This document shows, piece by piece, positions 18,366-26,649 of a DNA stretch of 64,000 bases. Under the pieces are notes generated by a model. That model had not been told where the DNA came from. It did not search any database and worked only from the letters and a program-made list of their open reading frames with translations. The position numbers and the translations under genes were made by a program. Position 1 is the stretch's first letter, and each line of letters begins with the position of its first letter. Origin of the DNA: Escherichia phage vb_EcoM-VR5; the sequence record NC_028881.1. One strand, given 5' to 3'.

Positions 18366-18920
18366 TTAAGGGTTCATAGTTGGGATAATAGTGTTCAGGT
18401 ATTTTACCAGAACTTTTAATTCGTCTTTAGTGAATACTACTTCAGCTTCACCATCGTGGGTCTGGATGATAGATAACATATCACGACCCTCGTGTTGATG
18501 GACACTGAATTCAGTATTATAATCGCCTTCTTCATCACCTTCAAAGGTTTCGCTTGAATGTATAATAGCATCACAACCAGGAATTTTCCACTCGAGCTCA
18601 GGTACACACTCTTCTTGGAACAGTTTAAAAATTTTCTCTAAAAATTCTGAACGGTTTTTAATGGATAAACAAGCCCATTCGGTTTCCAGATTAAAGCCAC
18701 TTTCACCTCGATACAACCAAGCCATAACTTCATCGTTAATTTTAAAGACACGATTATGAGTTTGAATATACTGCTCTGCATCAATAACAGACAACTCATA
18801 CAGGTTCTGAATATCTTGAATGGTCAAAACTACTGTATCATCTTCTTGTTTAAGCACGATTGCATTATCAATTACATCGGCAGTCAGGTCACCAAACAAT
18901 TCAGCTGTTTCAATAATCAT
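18366..18920 (-). CDS. hypothetical acidic protein (184 aa)
   Basis: ORF at the head of the membrane-protein/NTase transcription unit. Confidence 0.45.
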   Translation of the reverse strand: MIIETAELFGDLTADVIDNAIVLKQEDDTVVLTIQDIQNLYELSVIDAEQYIQTHNRVFKINDEVMAWLYRGESGFNLETEWACLSIKNRSEFLEKIFKLFQEECVPELEWKIPGCDAIIHSSETFEGDEEGDYNTEFSVHQHEGRDMLSIIQTHDGEAEVVFTKDELKVLVKYLNTIIPTMNP

Positions 18921-18930
18921 TTTCTGTTCC

Positions 18931-19113
18931 TCATTTCACATTTTGTTTAATAAATTTTAATAATTCTTTAAGAGCTTTATCTTCTTCTTTGGAAAGCCTA
19001 GTACAATCATCAACCGAGTAATGGCGGCAAAATGCTGTTTCGAATCTAGCAACTGTATCTGCATAGGCCTCGATAAGCTCTTCAAGCTTTAAGTGCTTTT
19101 CTTTAGTTTTCAT
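18931..19113 (-). CDS. hypothetical small protein
   Basis: 60 aa ORF. Confidence 0.3.
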   Translation of the reverse strand: MKTKEKHLKLEELIEAYADTVARFETAFCRHYSVDDCTRLSKEEDKALKELLKFIKQNVK

Positions 19114-19116
19114 AAA

Positions 19117-19326
19117 TCACCGGTTATGTTTTAAAATACTATAAAGCTCTTCAACTTGGCTCGCATCCAGATAAATGACCTCGTCATCTTGTTCCAGGAC
19201 AATCCCACCCTTAACAATATTCCACTCTACTACTTCAACAGTCATATCATCACCGGAACCTGCTAATGTTTCAGGCTCTAAAGCAATAACGCCATTTTCA
19301 GAATTACCACTTGGATCGTATAACAT
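19117..19326 (-). CDS. hypothetical small acidic protein
   Basis: Track ORF 19117..19401 trimmed to ATG preceded by SD GAGGAA (MLYDPSGNSENG...). Confidence 0.35.
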   Translation of the reverse strand: MLYDPSGNSENGVIALEPETLAGSGDDMTVEVVEWNIVKGGIVLEQDDEVIYLDASQVEELYSILKHNR

Positions 19327-19417
19327 TACAGTTTCCTCGCTAACCATGAAAAGAATAAACCAATTAAAACAGGCCCTACAACCATTGTTAACCAAGCCCA
19401 AGGTTCAAGATAGTAAA

Positions 19418-19675
19418 TCATCTCATGCTCCTATGCCAACAGTTACGTGGCTCACGTTTAAAAATTTCATCATGCATCGCTTGACAACCAACACAATATA
19501 TCACACCCTTTATAGCTTGGCGTCGTGCTTCAGGAATTTTTTCATCGCAGTCAAAACAATATTCAGCGGATTCACGTTCAACAGCTACTTGCTTACGAGC
19601 GTGTACTATAGCGGCCTGGACGACCGCTTCCATTTCGAGCTGTTCGGCTCCGTCCTTAGCAAATCCAACAGCCAT
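19418..19675 (-). CDS. DksA/TraR-type C4 zinc-finger protein
   Basis: 85 aa with CFDCDEKIPEARRQAIKGVIYCVGCQ (C-x2-C-x17-C-x2-C), the TraR/DksA zinc-finger spacing. Confidence 0.5.
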   Translation of the reverse strand: MAVGFAKDGAEQLEMEAVVQAAIVHARKQVAVERESAEYCFDCDEKIPEARRQAIKGVIYCVGCQAMHDEIFKREPRNCWHRSMR

Positions 19676-19857
19676 TATGCTTTCAACTCATTAAGATACT
19701 CAACCAAGGCTGCTTTAGAGTTAGCCAAATCTCGTTTACACTGTTCTATCCCAGAATATGAATAGCCTTCGCAATGTTCTACTGCAATATCATAAGAATC
19801 GCGTTCAATAGCAGTAGCGAGTTTAATAATTTTTTCAATCTGTTCAGCGGTTAACAT
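19675..19857 (-). CDS. hypothetical small protein
   Basis: 60 aa ORF (MLTAEQIEKIIKLA...). Confidence 0.35.
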   Translation of the reverse strand: MLTAEQIEKIIKLATAIERDSYDIAVEHCEGYSYSGIEQCKRDLANSKAALVEYLNELKA

Positions 19858-19861
19858 AATA

Positions 19862-20098
19862 TCACCAGTATTTGTTGATGGTAGAAATTAATTCTTGGGC
19901 CTGAGTAGTCTTCAGCTTGCACCCACATCCATTTAATGTATCTTTAAGGAGCCATGGCTCCTTGAGCTCGTCCTTTTCTAGGCGAATTCTGTATCCTCGG
20001 TAATCAGCAAAGATACTTCGGTCATCAAATATCTTAATCTCAAGGAGACGGTTATTGATTTCGTATTCCAACGAAACCGTAGTACTTGTAAGTTTCAT
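19862..20098 (-). CDS. hypothetical protein
   Basis: 78 aa ORF directly downstream of the PeSL at 20105-20156. Confidence 0.4.
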   Translation of the reverse strand: MKLTSTTVSLEYEINNRLLEIKIFDDRSIFADYRGYRIRLEKDELKEPWLLKDTLNGCGCKLKTTQAQELISTINKYW

Positions 20099-20104
20099 AA
20101 TGTT

Positions 20105-20156
20105 CTCCTCATTAGTTGATAAGTCTATAGTATCATGTTCCTAGAGGATGTAAACA
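20105..20156 (-). promoter_or_regulatory. PeSL-like promoter/stem-loop cassette, approximate
   Basis: ttgataagtctatagtatca (1 mismatch to the 20-mer) flanked by cctc..tag / ctagagg, then gtaaac. Confidence 0.65.
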
Positions 20157-20164
20157 CCTAAACG

Positions 20165-20190
20165 AAAAAAGGTCCCACCGAAGTGAGACC
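20165..20190 (-). terminator. rho-independent terminator (approximate)
   Basis: RNA sense GGUCUCAC-UUCG-GUGGGACC followed by UUUUUUCG, after the stop of 20196..20582. Confidence 0.6.
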
Positions 20191-20195
20191 TTTGA

Positions 20196-20582
20196 TTATT
20201 CTAACGTTAACAAATACTTAGTTTGGTAAAAGACACCAGTGATGTCGTCCAAAGTCGATTGGATGGCCTTAGGAAGATTTTTGTAGATTTTATCAGATGC
20301 TTTAATAAGTTCATCAAGAAAATCTATAGGGTCTTTAGGCAGTTCTGAAGCAGACGGCAGTGATGCTTTATATTCTTTACCACTAAATCCTAGATACTGC
20401 TCACTGAACTGGTCTAGTGGTCCTTGAACTTCCGTATAATAGAAGTCGTATGCTTTGTGTCTTGCATAGCTTTTGGTTTCCAAATGGGCTGACTTAAAAT
20501 AGGCTAAAGAAACCAACAGCCAGCCAATATAAGAATCTACTTCAGTCCCTCGACTAAGTACGAAATCATTGAATTTCATCAT
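20196..20582 (-). CDS. hypothetical protein (128 aa)
   Basis: ORF immediately downstream of rI; short overlap with the rI stop. Confidence 0.45.
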   Translation of the reverse strand: MMKFNDFVLSRGTEVDSYIGWLLVSLAYFKSAHLETKSYARHKAYDFYYTEVQGPLDQFSEQYLGFSGKEYKASLPSASELPKDPIDFLDELIKASDKIYKNLPKAIQSTLDDITGVFYQTKYLLTLE

Positions 20583-20859
20583 CTACCTTCATTAGTTTAG
20601 CGTATCGTTCTCCGACCGCCCGACCTTCAATCGAGCAAGACTCTATTGTATTGCAATTTGAAAGTTTCCAAGAAGCAGTTACATAAGCCCAGTAGTCTTC
20701 AGAGGCCTTTACGCTAGGTTTACTCATTTGCGCATAAACTGGCATCGCACTACTAGCAAAGGCATCCATCAATTTAGGATCAGATTTGTTTGCTAGTGAA
20801 ACTGATGGGCTTAAACATCCGATCATAAGGATACAAGCCACTGTACGGAAAATACCCAT
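20566..20859 (-). CDS. rI: lysis-inhibition regulator RI-like protein
   Basis: 97 aa, same length as T4 RI; N-terminal signal-anchor; SNCNTIESCSIEGRAVGERYAKLM parallels T4 RI ...NDPCSSDFECIERGAEMAQSYARIM; located upstream of tk as in T4. Confidence 0.7.
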   Translation of the reverse strand: MGIFRTVACILMIGCLSPSVSLANKSDPKLMDAFASSAMPVYAQMSKPSVKASEDYWAYVTASWKLSNCNTIESCSIEGRAVGERYAKLMKVDDEIQ

Positions 20860-20951
20860 ACAAAAGTCCTTTGTTATTTTATACGAATTTGCCTTTCGGC
20901 CTTAACCGATAGCGTTTCCAAAAGCAAAAGCTCTATGGTTAGTAATTGTAT

Positions 20952-21230
20952 TTATAGCTTTTTAAGCTTACTACAATAAGCATAAAATACATCGTTAAAA
21001 TTTTCAGAAACCCATCCACGCTGTATAGGCGAAGTAATTGAAAGCAGATAATGTGCTTTAATTAGCTCCATCCCATTTTTATTAGGGCATTCTTTATTAT
21101 TAGCATTATACGTCGCTGCTACAACCTCTATCTCTCTTTTGTAAGCCGTATCATCCATGATAGGCAAAAGAACAATATAAGAAATAGCCACAGCTACCGC
21201 TAGAATTAAAATCTTTGAATTTAGGCCCAT
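20952..21230 (-). CDS. small membrane-anchored protein
   Basis: 92 aa; N-terminal hydrophobic helix (ILILAVAVAISYIVLLPI). Confidence 0.4.
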   Translation of the reverse strand: MGLNSKILILAVAVAISYIVLLPIMDDTAYKREIEVVAATYNANNKECPNKNGMELIKAHYLLSITSPIQRGWVSENFNDVFYAYCSKLKKL

Positions 21231-21237
21231 AGTACCC

Positions 21238-21810
21238 TCAACTCGTTATTTCTATCCAATGCTTCCTGCATAATGACACGTAAGAATCGTTGCCACCTAT
21301 AGAAACTTGGTCGCCATCCTTAATTGCGATACCATTTTGGATACGAGCTGTCATAGTAGCCTTACGTCCACAATGGCACACACCTTTGTACTCAACGAGT
21401 TTATCTGCTGTAGCTAATAATTCAGCAGAGCCAGGAAACAGTTTACCCTGAAAATCAGTTCTTAGACCGTAACACATGACCGGTATATTATAATTATCTA
21501 CTATCTTTGCCAATTGTTTTATTTGCAAAGGTTCTAAGAACTGTGCTTCATCCACAAATACGCAGTGGATATCTTTTTGAGATTCAGCCCAACGATAGAA
21601 CTCGTATAGGTCCATGTCTGGAGTCACTGCATTAGCCTCTTGGCTAATCCCTATACGAGACGAAATTCTATGGCTTGATTCTCTATTATCTATCGCAGGC
21701 TTTAAAAGGAGTACACCCATACCACGTTCTTTATAGTTATGGGCAGCCGTTAGCAATGAAGAGGTCTTCCCAGAATTCATCGCCGCATAGTGAAACATCA
21801 AACTTGCCAT
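21238..21810 (-). CDS. tk: thymidine kinase
   Basis: 190 aa; P-loop MNSGKTSSLL, VFVDEAQF, C-terminal zinc ligands CHCGRKA...SLCRKH; T4 Tk-like size and position. Confidence 0.93.
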   Translation of the reverse strand: MASLMFHYAAMNSGKTSSLLTAAHNYKERGMGVLLLKPAIDNRESSHRISSRIGISQEANAVTPDMDLYEFYRWAESQKDIHCVFVDEAQFLEPLQIKQLAKIVDNYNIPVMCYGLRTDFQGKLFPGSAELLATADKLVEYKGVCHCGRKATMTARIQNGIAIKDGDQVSIGGNDSYVSLCRKHWIEITS

Positions 21811-22535
21811 TTAGATACAATTCCTCTATAAGAACAATCGGGATAACCTTTACTCAAGGCTATCTTTTTAAACATATACGCCGAGGGTTTATTAGATTCT
21901 TCCCATAGTATTTTCAATTCATCATAATATTTCCAAGTCTCATTTCTAATAGGAGAAGGTTTTCCTTTCATTGCGCCCTGTTTACCAAACATAGGATTCT
22001 TTTCACCCTTTTTAGAATCGCTCATGTTTTTAATAGTAGCACATGAATGCTTAAAGCCTTTTAATTTTTTAGAAGCGAGACCTATTTTAGCCTTATGTTC
22101 ATCCGTAAATCCTATTCTATTCGAATAGTGGTTTGCGCCTTTATTAGAAGTGGTATATTTAGAAGCTTCTATTCTCGCAGCACTCCATTTAACTCCTTTT
22201 TTGGACCTGGACATTTTACATTTAGTTAGCAATGATAACTTAGTTCCTTTCTTTTTGCCGCGTCCGCCATCGGCAAAATTTAAAGAATGCTTTCCATATT
22301 TTAATTTAGCTTTTTCTACTAAAGGAACTTCAGCATCGTAAGCTTCATCTTCAGTTTCAAAGAATTTTAATATACGGGTTTTATAAGGGTGCTTTTTGCA
22401 AATATTTTTAACAACAGTGCCACTTCCAAAATACCCATCAGAAAGATTATCAGTAGAATGTTTTCCTACGTAATAATATTTTGCCTTGAGGGTTTTTATT
22501 ACAGTTAAATAATTATAATGGAATTCCTTTACCAT
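21798..22535 (-). CDS. GIY-YIG-type homing endonuclease (Seg-like), free-standing
   Basis: 245 aa; N-terminal NYLTVIKTLKAKYYYVGKHS...GYFGSG resembles the GIY-YIG module; Lys-rich NUMOD-like repeats in the C-terminal half; 3' end overlaps the tk start. Confidence 0.55.
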   Translation of the reverse strand: MVKEFHYNYLTVIKTLKAKYYYVGKHSTDNLSDGYFGSGTVVKNICKKHPYKTRILKFFETEDEAYDAEVPLVEKAKLKYGKHSLNFADGGRGKKKGTKLSLLTKCKMSRSKKGVKWSAARIEASKYTTSNKGANHYSNRIGFTDEHKAKIGLASKKLKGFKHSCATIKNMSDSKKGEKNPMFGKQGAMKGKPSPIRNETWKYYDELKILWEESNKPSAYMFKKIALSKGYPDCSYRGIVSKWQV

Positions 22536-22544
22536 ATTACCTTC

Positions 22545-22727
22545 TTAAAGCGTATTCACGTAAGCAATTAATTCGTTTTCTTTCTCATCAAACTGTTCGG
22601 CGATTTTTTCGTAATCTTCAGCACTCACAGGACCCCATTCATCGTATGATTGCATTCCAGAATTCTCTTCTAGAAGCTCATGGATAAGCTCAAACAATTT
22701 ATCTTTTTGTTCTTTACTTAGGCTCAT
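22545..22727 (-). CDS. hypothetical small acidic protein
   Basis: 60 aa ORF. Confidence 0.35.
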   Translation of the reverse strand: MSLSKEQKDKLFELIHELLEENSGMQSYDEWGPVSAEDYEKIAEQFDEKENELIAYVNTL

Positions 22728-23169
22728 AATCTACCACCACTAAATTAATATCAGGAGTAAACAAATTAATCAATTGATAAACCTTGTCCCAATCACCGCC
22801 AGCAATACCACAGCCAATGCGAGGAATATAAATTCTCGGTTTAAACAAAAGACCCTTTGCAGTACGGTTTAATTCTATCATACAGTTTACTAAAGCACCA
22901 TAATCAAGATTAGGACCTGGTTCATATTGGGTATAAAGATTATAGCAAATTTGCCCATTATTGCCTGTGGCTTGAGTAAATGTTCCAAGTTTTGCAGAAT
23001 CACCCAAATAAGTGGCTTCTCTATCAATGGCAAGAATAGGTGAATAAGCCTTAGCCAATTGACCTGCTACGCCCGAACCCATAGTATGAAAACAGTTACA
23101 CCCATGAGCAACGTTATTACCTTGAAGAAACAGGGCGACGATATCGCCCTTAATATAATCAATAATCAT
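22714..23169 (-). CDS. macro-domain-like protein (putative ADP-ribose binding/processing)
   Basis: 151 aa; GDIVALFLQGNNVAHGCNCFHTMGSGVAGQLAKAY aligns to the macro-domain core (GDIT..VNAAN...GGGGVDGAI) as a divergent variant. Confidence 0.45.
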   Translation of the reverse strand: MIIDYIKGDIVALFLQGNNVAHGCNCFHTMGSGVAGQLAKAYSPILAIDREATYLGDSAKLGTFTQATGNNGQICYNLYTQYEPGPNLDYGALVNCMIELNRTAKGLLFKPRIYIPRIGCGIAGGDWDKVYQLINLFTPDINLVVVDYEPK

Positions 23170-23522
23170 TTAGAGTTTAGTCCTCGGTTGTAAGAGTCAA
23201 CGAGTCTGTCTACCATAGACGCGCACATTTCTTTATACTTTTTATCAGATGGAACACATTCAGTAACGTTTAGACGTTGCTCGTATCTTTTAGAAAGAGT
23301 TTTCTCTTTCATTCGACGATGCTCGACGTCATTCTGCCCATCTTTAAAAGCAGCTGTTATTTTTGAACTGAATTCAATAACACATTCAGTATTACTTGGA
23401 TGACAATAATCTTTTGCTGTACGGGTAGCATACTCGACAATTGAATTATTGGTATCATCAACCTGTGACGCTAATACTCCCGGAGCAATCAACATAAGCG
23501 CTATAGTCATCTGTTTAATCAT
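23166..23522 (-). CDS. exported Cys-containing protein
   Basis: 118 aa; signal peptide MIKQMTIALMLIAPGVLAS; four Cys in the mature part. Confidence 0.45.
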   Translation of the reverse strand: MIKQMTIALMLIAPGVLASQVDDTNNSIVEYATRTAKDYCHPSNTECVIEFSSKITAAFKDGQNDVEHRRMKEKTLSKRYEQRLNVTECVPSDKKYKEMCASMVDRLVDSYNRGLNSK

Positions 23523-24062
23523 TTAATATACCGCCTCAAACATCTTTTTAGATTTTAGGTAATTGGCCTTTTCTAGAACTTCCGAAGCATATTTACTACC
23601 TGCTTTGGCATTCCAGCCCGCATTATAAGAAGCAATCGCTTTTCTCAGGTCACCTTTGTGAACATTAATCCAATACGACAGTTCAATGTAGGCCCAAGAG
23701 GCACTGTTCTGTCGGTTTTGGACCATACGAATTATTTCTTTATCCGACATCTTCCAACCTACCTGTTTAACACGACTTCTTAACGTAGGCAAGTAATTTT
23801 GGAACATGCCATAAGCATGGTGCTTATCTTTATTTAAACCTTGATTAATCCCAGCAGATGATTCCTGCCATAATAATCCGGCCATTATATATCCTAATCC
23901 TTTTTGATTAGGGGTTTCTTTGAACTTTCCCGACTTTTGGTATTGTTCACCGAAAGCATACGCGTAATGTAAATTATCGAGTTGTTCATTACTGAAAGTA
24001 GGCTCTACGCTATAGGCAGACATACTAACTGTCAATAGTAAAGTGGCTAATACTTTTTTCAT
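23523..24062 (-). CDS. exported lytic-transglycosylase-like protein (SLT-type)
   Basis: 179 aa; signal peptide MKKVLATLLLTVSMSAYS; LLWQESSAG...AYGMFQ resembles the SLT catalytic E-S and GLMQ motifs. Confidence 0.45.
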   Translation of the reverse strand: MKKVLATLLLTVSMSAYSVEPTFSNEQLDNLHYAYAFGEQYQKSGKFKETPNQKGLGYIMAGLLWQESSAGINQGLNKDKHHAYGMFQNYLPTLRSRVKQVGWKMSDKEIIRMVQNRQNSASWAYIELSYWINVHKGDLRKAIASYNAGWNAKAGSKYASEVLEKANYLKSKKMFEAVY

Positions 24063-24074
24063 GAGACCTCATTA

Positions 24075-24533
24075 TTAAAGATAGATTACTTTCGTGCTAG
24101 TTTTACCTTCTAAACGTTTAGAGTTAACAAATGCCATACGACATTTTAATGAATATCCTTTATCAGGATGTTTACGATCTACAGTCATACCTAACCATAA
24201 GGTTTTATCGGTAATCTCGAGACGCAGTGGACGATACACTTTACCTGGGACAATTTCAGATTCTACATCAGGCAGAGGTTCCTGGATTAAAAATTCATGG
24301 ATTTCTTTAACATGGTTATGGAGTTGCTTGAATAAAGCAAAAACGTATTTTTCGTCAATTTCACGTTGGATAGCACGGTCCAATAGGTGATTAGAGTACT
24401 TAATAAAGAAAGCTGGGACTCCACTCTTAATGGCGGCTTTTTTGATGGATGTATTCAGTTCACGAAATTCGGTTTCGAACTGACGACGTAATTTGTTGCG
24501 GCGGATGAATACTTCTGAATTAATTTCTGACAT
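24075..24533 (-). CDS. regB: RegB site-specific endoribonuclease
   Basis: 152 aa; EVFIRRNKLRRQFETEFRELN...HLLDRAIQREIDEKYVF... is collinear with T4 RegB (153 aa). Confidence 0.85.
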   Translation of the reverse strand: MSEINSEVFIRRNKLRRQFETEFRELNTSIKKAAIKSGVPAFFIKYSNHLLDRAIQREIDEKYVFALFKQLHNHVKEIHEFLIQEPLPDVESEIVPGKVYRPLRLEITDKTLWLGMTVDRKHPDKGYSLKCRMAFVNSKRLEGKTSTKVIYL

Positions 24534-24540
24534 TTTGTTT

Positions 24541-24590
24541 CTCCTGTAGTTGATAGGTTTATAGTATCATGCCTACAGGAGATGTAAACT
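24541..24590 (-). promoter_or_regulatory. PeSL-like promoter/stem-loop cassette upstream of regB, approximate
   Basis: ttgataggtttatagtatca between perfect inverted repeat ctcctgtag/ctacaggag, then gtaaac. Confidence 0.7.
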
Positions 24591-24593
24591 GCT

Positions 24594-24803
24594 TTATTCT
24601 TGGAATGGTGTGAGTTTTCCAGCTATCGAACAAATTTCTACCATTGCAGGATAAAACTCTTTCACTTGTTCAAGGCGCTGGACAGCGTACCGCATTTCGC
24701 CTTCTTCAAGACAAGCCACTTGGTCATCGAGCAAATATTTGTGGTAACCAGTACAGGCTTCACTAATGATACGTTGGAATTCTTGCAAACTTTCAATTTT
24801 CAC
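24594..24803 (-). CDS. hypothetical small protein (T4 vs.3 position)
   Basis: 69 aa ORF. Confidence 0.35.
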   Translation of the reverse strand: MKIESLQEFQRIISEACTGYHKYLLDDQVACLEEGEMRYAVQRLEQVKEFYPAMVEICSIAGKLTPFQE

Positions 24804-25066
24804 TAGTATTTTTCCTCAGGTCGAAATACTGCACGACATGCCCACATGCTGGCTTCTTTTAGATGTTGCTTAGCATACTTAAGAGCCTGCACTGCATCCA
24901 TATCTTCTTTGGTTTGTTGCTCGGTTTCATTTTCTTTAAAGATATATGCTTCTTCAATCAGAGCATCAAACATCAATCCAAGACGGACTTCTGCATCTTT
25001 AATAGCGTTCACTTTACCGATTTTATCGTCGGTATGTGGCTTGTAACCTTTGATATCTTCAATCAT
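24803..25066 (-). CDS. hypothetical small helical protein (T4 vs.4 / Acb2 position, by synteny only)
   Basis: 87 aa; second gene past regB toward denV, where T4 carries vs.4. Confidence 0.35.
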   Translation of the reverse strand: MIEDIKGYKPHTDDKIGKVNAIKDAEVRLGLMFDALIEEAYIFKENETEQQTKEDMDAVQALKYAKQHLKEASMWACRAVFRPEEKY

Positions 25067-25320
25067 TTCACTTCCTCACCTGTTGCAATATCATATTCAA
25101 CTAAACGAAGACCATCTGTCCACCCTTGAACAGAGATATAGGTGGTCGGGTAAACCAGTTCTTTACCATTCCACTGACCGCCGTCCCAAACTTCTAGAAA
25201 GCTTTGTTCGCCTGGTCCATTAAACCATTCAACGAATCTTTTCAAGGCTGCATCAGAGCCTTCGATCGTCAGTTTAGACATATTTTTTCCAGTCATTAAC
25301 CATACGAACCTCTTGGTCAT
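25063..25320 (-). CDS. hypothetical Trp-rich small protein
   Basis: 85 aa ORF. Confidence 0.35.
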   Translation of the reverse strand: MTKRFVWLMTGKNMSKLTIEGSDAALKRFVEWFNGPGEQSFLEVWDGGQWNGKELVYPTTYISVQGWTDGLRLVEYDIATGEEVK

Positions 25321-25570
25321 ATGTCAGGAGGCTACGAGTTATAATACCCTTACACGGTCCTGAGATGAACTCGAGAGTGAAGTAAGGAACCTGTTTCATT
25401 AATCGGATACTTGGAGCATGGCATCTAAAACGAGAGCCCGTAAAGGGCCCTGACATGAACACGTATTCTAATGGGTAGAAATAAGCATATTCAAAATTTA
25501 TAGTAAGGTCTTCTCTTCGAACCTTACGTGAGAAATAGCAGAACTCAAAAAGCTCTTCATCAGTCATCAT
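25274..25570 (-). CDS. hypothetical protein
   Basis: 98 aa ORF; overlaps neighbours on both sides. Confidence 0.3.
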   Translation of the reverse strand: MMTDEELFEFCYFSRKVRREDLTINFEYAYFYPLEYVFMSGPFTGSRFRCHAPSIRLMKQVPYFTLEFISGPCKGIITRSLLTYDQEVRMVNDWKKYV

Positions 25571-26094
25571 TGCATTCCTATCACAAAGAACAAGGGCAGA
25601 GGTTTATTACCTTGGCACATAAATTTATTCATCATTACCTGGTAAGCTTCATAGAACTTATCCATCGCTGGAAGTCGCATAGGCTCTTCGATAATAATCA
25701 ATAATCGAGTAACAGATAATCCACGATACTTATGGAAGTTATCTTCGTCTAAAAATGAACGAACGGTATCATAGGCGATAAATCCAGGGCGTTCTACTTG
25801 AAGATGTGGTTGTGCCTTAGAAACCTGTTTTATTACATTACAGATTTCTCGTGAGCGATGTGAAGAACTTGACATAACAATAACATCATTACCCTTAGAG
25901 ACCCAATCAGCTGCGAACTGGGCAAGGGCACTTGTTTTACCTGTTTGACGACCGCCATCAAGCCTAAGAGTACCAAACTCTTGCATTCTTGAAGTGGGTT
26001 CATACCAGGTGTATTGGTCTGAGTCTAAACGTTCAATGGCGCGTTCAGCGAAGGCGTGCATTAAGGTTAGATAAATTGGAGTTAAAAATTTCAT
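25567..26094 (-). CDS. small P-loop NTPase
   Basis: 175 aa; Walker A DGGRQTGKTSA and Walker-B-like LLIIIEEP. Confidence 0.5.
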   Translation of the reverse strand: MKFLTPIYLTLMHAFAERAIERLDSDQYTWYEPTSRMQEFGTLRLDGGRQTGKTSALAQFAADWVSKGNDVIVMSSSSHRSREICNVIKQVSKAQPHLQVERPGFIAYDTVRSFLDEDNFHKYRGLSVTRLLIIIEEPMRLPAMDKFYEAYQVMMNKFMCQGNKPLPLFFVIGMQ

Positions 26095-26226
26095 AGTTGT
26101 CTCTTAGTAGGGGCCATTCCTTGGCACATAATTCATCCCTTTCTGCATTTACCCATTACCGCACTTGGGCTCGACCTTATTACAGGTTGGTGGGAGTCCC
26201 TCAGTATTGAGGTCCAGGTTGCTCCC
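26095..26226 (-). other. GC-rich structured intergenic element downstream of denV; likely gene-end remnant (approximate)
   Basis: Hairpins CCUCA-AUAC-UGAGG and GCCA-AGGAA-UGGC; segment ccttggcacataattcatcc repeats the 3' coding end of 25567..26094 (ccttggcacataaatttattcatc); homologous to the element at 27008-27140. Confidence 0.45.
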
Positions 26227-26643
26227 TTATGCATAAATCGCCTTACTGTAATATTTATACCAGGTAGGGCGTTGTGCAATTTTTTCGTCTAAACGGGCCT
26301 GTGATATAACGATAGAAGCTTCATGGGGGATATAATCACCACGGAATTCCTGAGGAATATCACTAATATCCTGGACTGTAGTATCCTTGATATTAAACCC
26401 ACGTTTTAGACATTCGTCTATAAGCTCAATTTGACGTTTACGTAAGAACTCGAGCTTATCGTAAAAGAATGTAACATGACCTGTGCCAAGGATAAAAGTA
26501 GGACTGATTTTAAAATCACGAACCCGTTTACCATTAGCAACATGCTTACGAACTGCACCAAAAACACGTGGTAATTCACGATATTCGGCCATTAAGTGTT
26601 GGTCAGCCAATTCAGATACTAAAGTAAGGTTGATACGAGTCAT
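26227..26643 (-). CDS. denV: endonuclease V (pyrimidine-dimer DNA glycosylase) DenV
   Basis: 138 aa; [53 protein letters not shown]... is essentially identical to my recollection of T4 DenV. Confidence 0.95.
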   Translation of the reverse strand: MTRINLTLVSELADQHLMAEYRELPRVFGAVRKHVANGKRVRDFKISPTFILGTGHVTFFYDKLEFLRKRQIELIDECLKRGFNIKDTTVQDISDIPQEFRGDYIPHEASIVISQARLDEKIAQRPTWYKYYSKAIYA

Positions 26644-26649
26644 TTTAAT

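Noticed and set aside
19175-19765. Plus-strand ORF of 196 aa
   Set aside because: Spans four compact minus-strand genes with their own SDs, has low-complexity Ser/Thr/Leu composition, and no promoter or SD of its own.
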